IMG/VR virus record: IMGVR_UViG_3300043112_000063
Location: 38,046-102,045 of that record
Reading direction: 5' to 3' (one strand)
From: a virus
DNA: 64,000 nucleotides
Each line of letters begins with the position of its first letter. Positions within the stretch are counted from its first letter, which is position 1. The notes beneath the pieces are model-generated. The model ran no database searches and was not told the origin of the DNA. It saw only the letters and a list, made by a program, of their open reading frames with translations. Below, in pieces: positions 57,766-64,000 of this stretch. The position numbers were made by a program, and so were the translations under genes.

Positions 57766-58320
57766 CTATTGTTCTCTCATATAATAATGTTTATCTTTAT
57801 AATCAAATTCGTTATGGTCTACACTATAATCACTTTTTACACTGTCCCAATCAATATACTTTTCTACTAATTCCCAATTATCTTTATCAGTAAAATTACA
57901 AGATAAACATTCCTCACAGAATTGAGTAAACGCATCTTCGTCCATAATTAAATAATTACTGAGGTCTTCGTTTTCCAATGCTTCAAGTGCTGTTCTTTCG
58001 CTTTCTGTTTCATATAAACCAATAAACTCAAGTTTTTGGTCGTCAGTTAAGTTAATCCATTTTTGATAAAACTTAACAACCTCAAGTGGATAACATTCGC
58101 CAAACATTTTATACAGTCTACCACCAAATTCTTCATCGTCGTAATCGTGAATAACTAATTCTTCGTCTATGGTGTCTGGAAATAAACCAACCTCTTCCAT
58201 TCTTTGTTTAAAGTTATCTTCGTCTATAACGTCTAAGTCAATCCAGCCACCTCGACCAGCTCCTTCGTTATATGAAGCCCAACTTGTAACGTAAATCTGA
58301 TTGTTATAAAATTCTCCCAT
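57766..58320 (-). CDS. ardA: ArdA-like antirestriction DNA mimic
   Basis: IYVTSWASYNEG..GGWIDL, IHDYD, YIDWD; very acidic. Confidence 0.85.
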   Translation of the reverse strand: MGEFYNNQIYVTSWASYNEGAGRGGWIDLDVIDEDNFKQRMEEVGLFPDTIDEELVIHDYDDEEFGGRLYKMFGECYPLEVVKFYQKWINLTDDQKLEFIGLYETESERTALEALENEDLSNYLIMDEDAFTQFCEECLSCNFTDKDNWELVEKYIDWDSVKSDYSVDHNEFDYKDKHYYMREQ

Positions 58321-58409
58321 TCTTGTTCCTCCTTCTAATACCTTATTTATTGTTACATAAATATTATAAGTGATAATACAAGAAATTACAATACTTTTTT
58401 ACGAATATT

Positions 58410-59819
58410 TTATTTTTTCGTACGTTTTAGTACTGTTTCACTACCATCTGCGTATTTAAGGATAATAATGTCGCTCTTAAACTCAGATAACTCTTCGACA
58501 CTACATAATGGTTCGTTGTAATCTCCTACAACTCGATACAAGTCACTAAAATGTTGTACTTCTTGTTCGTTTGGGTCTGTTTGGTTAATATCAGTATATA
58601 GGAAATCTGTTTCTTCGTCGATATAGACTATTTGACCAAAGTTATCGAATCCTAAACATTTTAAGACTATTTCTTTATTCCACTTAGCCCTCTCTTTCCT
58701 GACAACTTCTTCCCACTTGTTGCTTCCGTACCATTCGTTAATCATATTTCTTGTTACGTGAATAGCCCAAACACCAAACCCATAAACAATCCATTCTTCT
58801 AATGTTGGTTCTTTATACGTTCCATTCTCTTTAATAAGCATTCTTTTCATCGATGTACTGCCTCTGAGTAAATGCATAAGTTGCTTCCAGTCATCTCTTC
58901 TATCTACAATTTGAGACAAGATAGAACATAATGTCCCCGCACTAGGCTCTCCATCATAAACACCATAGTGTTCTTCGTAGTATTCTTTTACTTTACCATC
59001 TTTGTACGCAAATATCCAAAGTAGTTCTTCGTCTCTTAATTTTTCCATACCATTCCTCCTAATAAGATTGATACTAAATTCTTTAATATTATATTTTCTT
59101 TTTCTAAACGATTAATTTTATCGTTATCACTTTCAAATAATCCGGTGGCATCTAATATTGATTCCATAGAGTTATAAGCAAGAACTTTTTTTGATACGTG
59201 CTTTACTTCTCTTTCTATGTACATTCGACTATGTCTTCCTACTCTAGGTCTACCAACGTCAATAGTAATACGAACATAATGTTCTCCTTTGTTTATTGAA
59301 AGACCTGATAAATCACATACGTAATCTTTTCTTGCTTGAACCAATTTTTGTTGATAATATTTCTTGTTATAATGTGGCATATTAAACTCCCTTCTCAAAA
59401 GAATAATTTTCATCGTAGTATTCTTTTGCACTTACTTCACTTTGTTGTTTTTCGACACTCTCTAACCTTTTGTCGTGATTACCATCTACTGATATAACTT
59501 CTTCTACTTCTTTGTCCCAATTATCTAATACTACATCGAAACCACACTTCTGAAGCTTTTTAGTGCTTGTTACAAATTGCTGACCATAAAAAGTATGAGT
59601 ACTTAAATAGTAATCTTCATATTTATGTTTGTTTCTTGCTTTAGCGCATTTATATTTTTCTCGATGCTTCGCTTTTAGCCAACCACTATATTCACCAATT
59701 TCAAGTATATGTGTATCAGATTCATTTGGTACATCACGTAACTCTTTCCAGTTTTTGATAAACTTAGCAGTAGGGTATTTCTTTTTAAGTTGTTCTACTG
59801 TTCTAATGACTTTACTCAT
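58410..59819 (-). other. Three hypothetical genes (58410-59048, 59036-59380, 59382-59819)
   Basis: Co-oriented ORFs with SD sites. Confidence 0.7.
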
Positions 59820-59823
59820 AATA

Positions 59824-60051
59824 CTACTCGTTATCTTTTAGTAGTTGAATTAACTCTGCTTTTTTAAGTTTTGAAAAACCAACTAATTTACGTTCTCTAG
59901 CAAGGTCTTTAAGTTCTTTTACTAACATATCATCGTAGTTGTATTTTTCTTTTACATACGGCTCAGTCGGATTTTTAACAACCCAATTTTTTGGTCTTGG
60001 TGCTTGTGTTTGTTCATACTTTCCTGTTTCTTTGTTATAAGTACCTTTCAT
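59824..60051 (-). CDS. Rho N-terminal (HeH) domain protein
   Basis: MLVKELKDLARERKLVGFSKLKKAELIQLL. Confidence 0.8.
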   Translation of the reverse strand: MKGTYNKETGKYEQTQAPRPKNWVVKNPTEPYVKEKYNYDDMLVKELKDLARERKLVGFSKLKKAELIQLLKDNE

Positions 60052-60618
60052 CTTTCTTCCATCTCCTCTTTAAATATAATTATAAATTCATATAAACATA
60101 ATGATAATATAATAACCCACGCGATAAACATAAGAATTATTTTTCTTCTAACATATCAATAATATCATAGCCATCACGGAAGCATCCTTTTTGTTCTTTA
60201 ACTAATTTACCGTCTTTGAACACACGGACCCAACCGTAATCGTCGGCATCAATAGTGTATCCTTTATAATCTCCTATTTCGTGTCCCATCTTGTTCTCCC
60301 CTTTCCTGTAACCTTATTATATAACTACACACACAGTATAATTGATAAACGTTGAAATTACAATACTTTTATACGAAAACTTTTATTTAATCTTTTCAAC
60401 TGCGCTAAAAGTGAGGTACGACTTTGCGCAATTACACTCAAATGCGTCAAAAGTGAATTACCACTTCGCGCAATTACACCATTTGTCTGAGTGGCGTTTA
60501 GATAGAAACTTGTATTGTATTTAGTCAATCTTAAAAAGAAACTATCGGTAAACATATCACTCTTTAGATTTACTTTTGAAATTGCAAAGAAAAACAAGGT
60601 CAATTACGACCCTGTTTA

Positions 60619-62791
60619 TTATTCCCATATTGATAATGTTTTAATATTCTGAAGTGCTTTGATGTCAGTACCTTCAAACTTATCCATAAACCATTCATCT
60701 AATGTTTCTATTGATGGTTTTTTTGAATCTTGAAAACAACTTTCTTTGTAAGCAATAAATTCTCTTCTTAATTCACTAACGATAGTTTCTATTTGGTCTT
60801 CCTTTTCTTTTTCTATAATTAGGAATACATCAAATTCGTTATTGTCTTCTTCAGTAATAAGTCTGATAATAGTTTTATCTTTTGGTGGAACTTCATCTTT
60901 AGTAACTGATAACAATCCCCAACCTTGTTTGATACCATTTGATATATTTCGGTTTAGCATATCGTCATCGTCGCACCAAAAGTGTGAATCTACCATATGT
61001 TCCCATCTAATCTCGACCCAGAAACCACTGTCTTTTTGATTAACAAGTATGTTTTCTAGCTCGTCAGTGCCATCGCCTCTACACATTGTCAGTCCCCCTA
61101 CAATTCATAATTTAAGTCAACACGTATTTCCCTGTCAGCATAATTCTCTAAGTCATCGTCCCAAACATCTAATCTAATAATCTTTGTTGGTGTATAACTG
61201 ATAACTTTTAGTTTTGGTACATCATTTAGATTTAATTGGTCTTGAATGTTTTCTACTAGGTATTCCGCACGCTTTCTATCTCCGCGAACGTAAACAATAA
61301 TAAGGTCAGTACCACTAACAGATTTAAAATCAATAATACCATATTCCTTATTTGATTTCCAGTTAGTTAATAAGGTATATATGACACCCATTCCTTTGTG
61401 TCTCGATTGTTTCCAAACATCTTCTGCATCTAAAGTTATTTCAGTTCCTTGTTTGTTCTTAAATTCAGTGTCTTCACTAATGTCGATATTCTCTATTCTC
61501 ATTTTCTTTCTCCTCCTATTCAAATTGTTTTTCTGCTTCTTGTACGGTCATCCCGTAACAGTCTTCAAATTCTTCTTCCGTGTAACTCCCGTCATATACA
61601 TTAAGTAAATCAGCGTACATTCTTTGTTCATCTTTGTCCATACCAAGGAACGCCTGACGGGCTTGATATTCTTCAACGTCGTACATATTATACCTCCTAA
61701 CTATACCCATTATAATTGATAACACGTGAAATTACAATACTTATACGTGAAATTGTTGTTGAAAAACTTTATTTTCTAGTTCCATAAGAAGTGAAGTACC
61801 ACTTCGCGCAATTGCGCTGAAAGTGAAGTAGTACTTCTGACGTTTTTACAGTAAATCACCCATCACAAAATCTAATAAATCATCTGCCAGTTGTTCACTA
61901 CAATCACACTTGGTAATCAGCTGACAATCCGTGTTGAAAACAACGGTATCGGTTTCATTTAAAATGAAGATAACGTTGTCGTCTTTGCGTATTGTCTGAA
62001 CTGATTGTACATCGTATCCGTAATCTTGTAAGAATACTAATACTTGCTTACTAGATAATTTTCTCATACTGACCTCCTTATAATTCTTCTCCATCGAAAT
62101 CGTGTAGATTTCCGCATTTAGGACAACGTTTGAATTGTTCCATATAGACTTCTAATTCTTCACCACAATTTTTGCAAATATCTTTATCTTGTTCCATTAG
62201 GATAACCTCCTTTCACTTACCTAACCTTGACGGCGCGGCGGAATGATTATTGAATAATATTTTTTAACAAACTATTGATTAAATCAACTTGTAAATTATG
62301 AGTAATATGTCTACTGTCAATATACGTAAATGAATTAAGGTCAATTACACAAGATACTTTTGCGAATTCTGTGAATGTAAACGTTAATTCATTGTCTTCG
62401 TTACAAGTAAATTCTACATCAGTGAAGTTATAACCCCAATCTGATAATTGTCTTACAACACCATTTTCGTTGAACTTTACCATATGTTTACCCCTTTCTA
62501 TTTATAATCATTTACTAATACTTGATAAACGTTACCATCTTGACAAGTAATTTCTAGTTCAGTTTGTTTGATACCGTTTACAGTTACTGCTTTTTGATTA
62601 AGAACTCGATAACTAACAAGTGCACCACTACATTGATTTTTTTGAATAAGACCGTTGTACATAGTTTCAGCCTCGTTCGTTGCTACATATTTAGTGTATT
62701 TAGTGAATGCTACCCTTGCTGTTGAATAACCTGCCTGTCTTAGTTGTTCAAACATTTGTTGACAAGACACTTTTTTTGTTAATGAACCCAT
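60619..62791 (-). other. Run of small hypothetical early genes (60619-61086, 61098-61502, 61516-61686, 61846-62067, 62078-62197 zinc ribbon, 62247-62483, 62498-62791)
   Basis: Co-oriented ORFs with SD sites. Confidence 0.7.
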
Positions 62792-63249
62792 TTTGATAAA
62801 ACCCCTTTTCTTTTTTATTTAAGGTTGATGTACCCCTACCTTATACCCCATTATACCACGAAAAACGGGATAATTGGTGAAAAATTGGTGAACATTTTAA
62901 CTTTTCCTATTTGAGTAAAAAGTAATGGTCTACTAAAGGTGTCAGAAGAGAGGTGCGCGGCGGGCGAAAAAGATAGGAACCAACTACTAGTGAACATATT
63001 ACTGATACTATACCCAATATACCAATTATAGGAATCATTTTTATCATTTATTTACACTTTAGACCTGGATACCTTGATAACTGTCTAACTTGGGAACACA
63101 GTATTCCATAGTGAATCCCTATATTTAGACCTTCATATAAAAAGGGGCTGGAAATCAGATATGAAGAGCCATCAACAATGACCACCTTAGTATCATCTAC
63201 GAAACACCTACAATCAGGGAAGAAGTGCTCTTTATCGACGATGAACACA

Positions 63250-63778
63250 GAACCCCAGTTCACTCTTTTTCAAGAACCCCAGTTCCACGTTATCAACCTC
63301 GAAAATGACACCATCTCCAGTGAAAATGACGACTTCACAGTCGAAAATCGGTTTCAATAATAAACAAGACTCCAGAAATTGTATTTTTAAGGGCAATTCT
63401 TAGTCGAAAATGACAAAAATCAGTTTCCCGTCTTTTAGGGAAGAACTCTGACTCCGCCACGGGGATGGATACCGATAAAAAAGCTGATAATTCAATAGTA
63501 AACAAACATTGCAAAAAATGTCAAAAGTGACTGTTTTATCATGAAAAAAGGTCGAAAATGACCAAAAAATGCCAAAAATGGAAAACGGGAAAAGTAAGTG
63601 CTGCTCTTTCAGTCCGGTCCTACGTTTAGGGAAGTTGAGCAAAAAATTCTTCATGAAGAGCAAAATCCTGTCAAGGTAAATCAGTTGACAGCAAATGATG
63701 ATAAAAAGTATATCCAGGCTGACAGTATCTAAGTCGAAAATGAAACTGGGGTGTGCTTATTATTCTCAACTGGGGTTC
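63250..63778. repeat. Non-coding region with paired inverted repeats and phased GAAAAT motifs
   Basis: GAACCCCAGTT at 63250 and 63274, inverted at 63744 and 63768; GAAAAT at 63301, 63322, 63343, 63406, 63554, 63736. Confidence 0.7.
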
Positions 63779-63900
63779 ACTAAAATGTTCTATTCCCGCA
63801 GCAAATCTACCTCTCTACATCTATACTTCCCTATCTTTAGGGACGGAAAGATTCCAAGGCAAAAGTAAAAGGGATGGAATATAGGATAACAGTGTTGTCG

Positions 63901-63940
<40 letters not shown>

Positions 63941-64000
63941 CTAGACCACAATAATATTCCTGACTCCCTTTTAAAAACTTATCTATTTCCGCCGCGACAA

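Noticed and set aside
39841-61842. 28-bp motif pairs as CRISPR mini-arrays, with the Cas4-like gene as a cas gene
   Set aside because: Gaps between copies are only 4-14 bp; stand-alone Cas4-like nucleases next to RecU/RecA are common phage recombination genes
63048-63663. ORFs 63048-63263, 63178-63360 and 63400-63663
   Set aside because: No SD, atypical composition, overlap the repeat region

Overview
AT-rich segment of a large tailed-phage genome (standard genetic code; sigmaA-type promoters and strong SD sites point to a Bacillota/Mollicutes-lineage host, which is inference). No structural or lysis genes are in the window. (1) 1-5.9 kb: a tRNA/tmRNA array with 14 complete tRNAs, one partial tRNA, a tmRNA with an atypical tag, a 130-nt CCA-ended tRNA-like RNA lacking a usable anticodon, and several unexplained structured RNAs between the tRNAs; NADAR, metallophosphoesterase and Tmk genes are interspersed. 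(2) 6-41 kb, + strand: replication, recombination and DNA-modification genes: SNF2 helicase with a class 3 intein, initiator, DnaC, DnaB, primase, PolA split by a group I intron, beta clamp plus gamma/tau, delta and delta' loader subunits, folE-queD-queE-queC-dpdA 7-deazaguanine genes, Cas4-like nuclease, RecU, RecA, ClpP-like protease, a second group I intron with a GIY-YIG gene, and an RNA-repair set (two ligases, PNK-HD). (3) 41.3-62.8 kb, - strand: mostly small early-type genes (ArdA, DenV, nucleotidyltransferase, PcfJ-like, GHKL ATPase) behind repeated strong promoters, plus an isolated tRNA-Phe with a D-loop insertion and a structured leader. (4) 62.9-64 kb: non-coding region with phased repeats and (TA)17. 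Best novelty candidates: the aberrant tRNA-like RNAs and spacer ncRNAs, a polar 28-bp dispersed motif (9 copies), and clamp-binding-like tails that may couple DpdA to the phage replisome. All RNA folds were done by eye.
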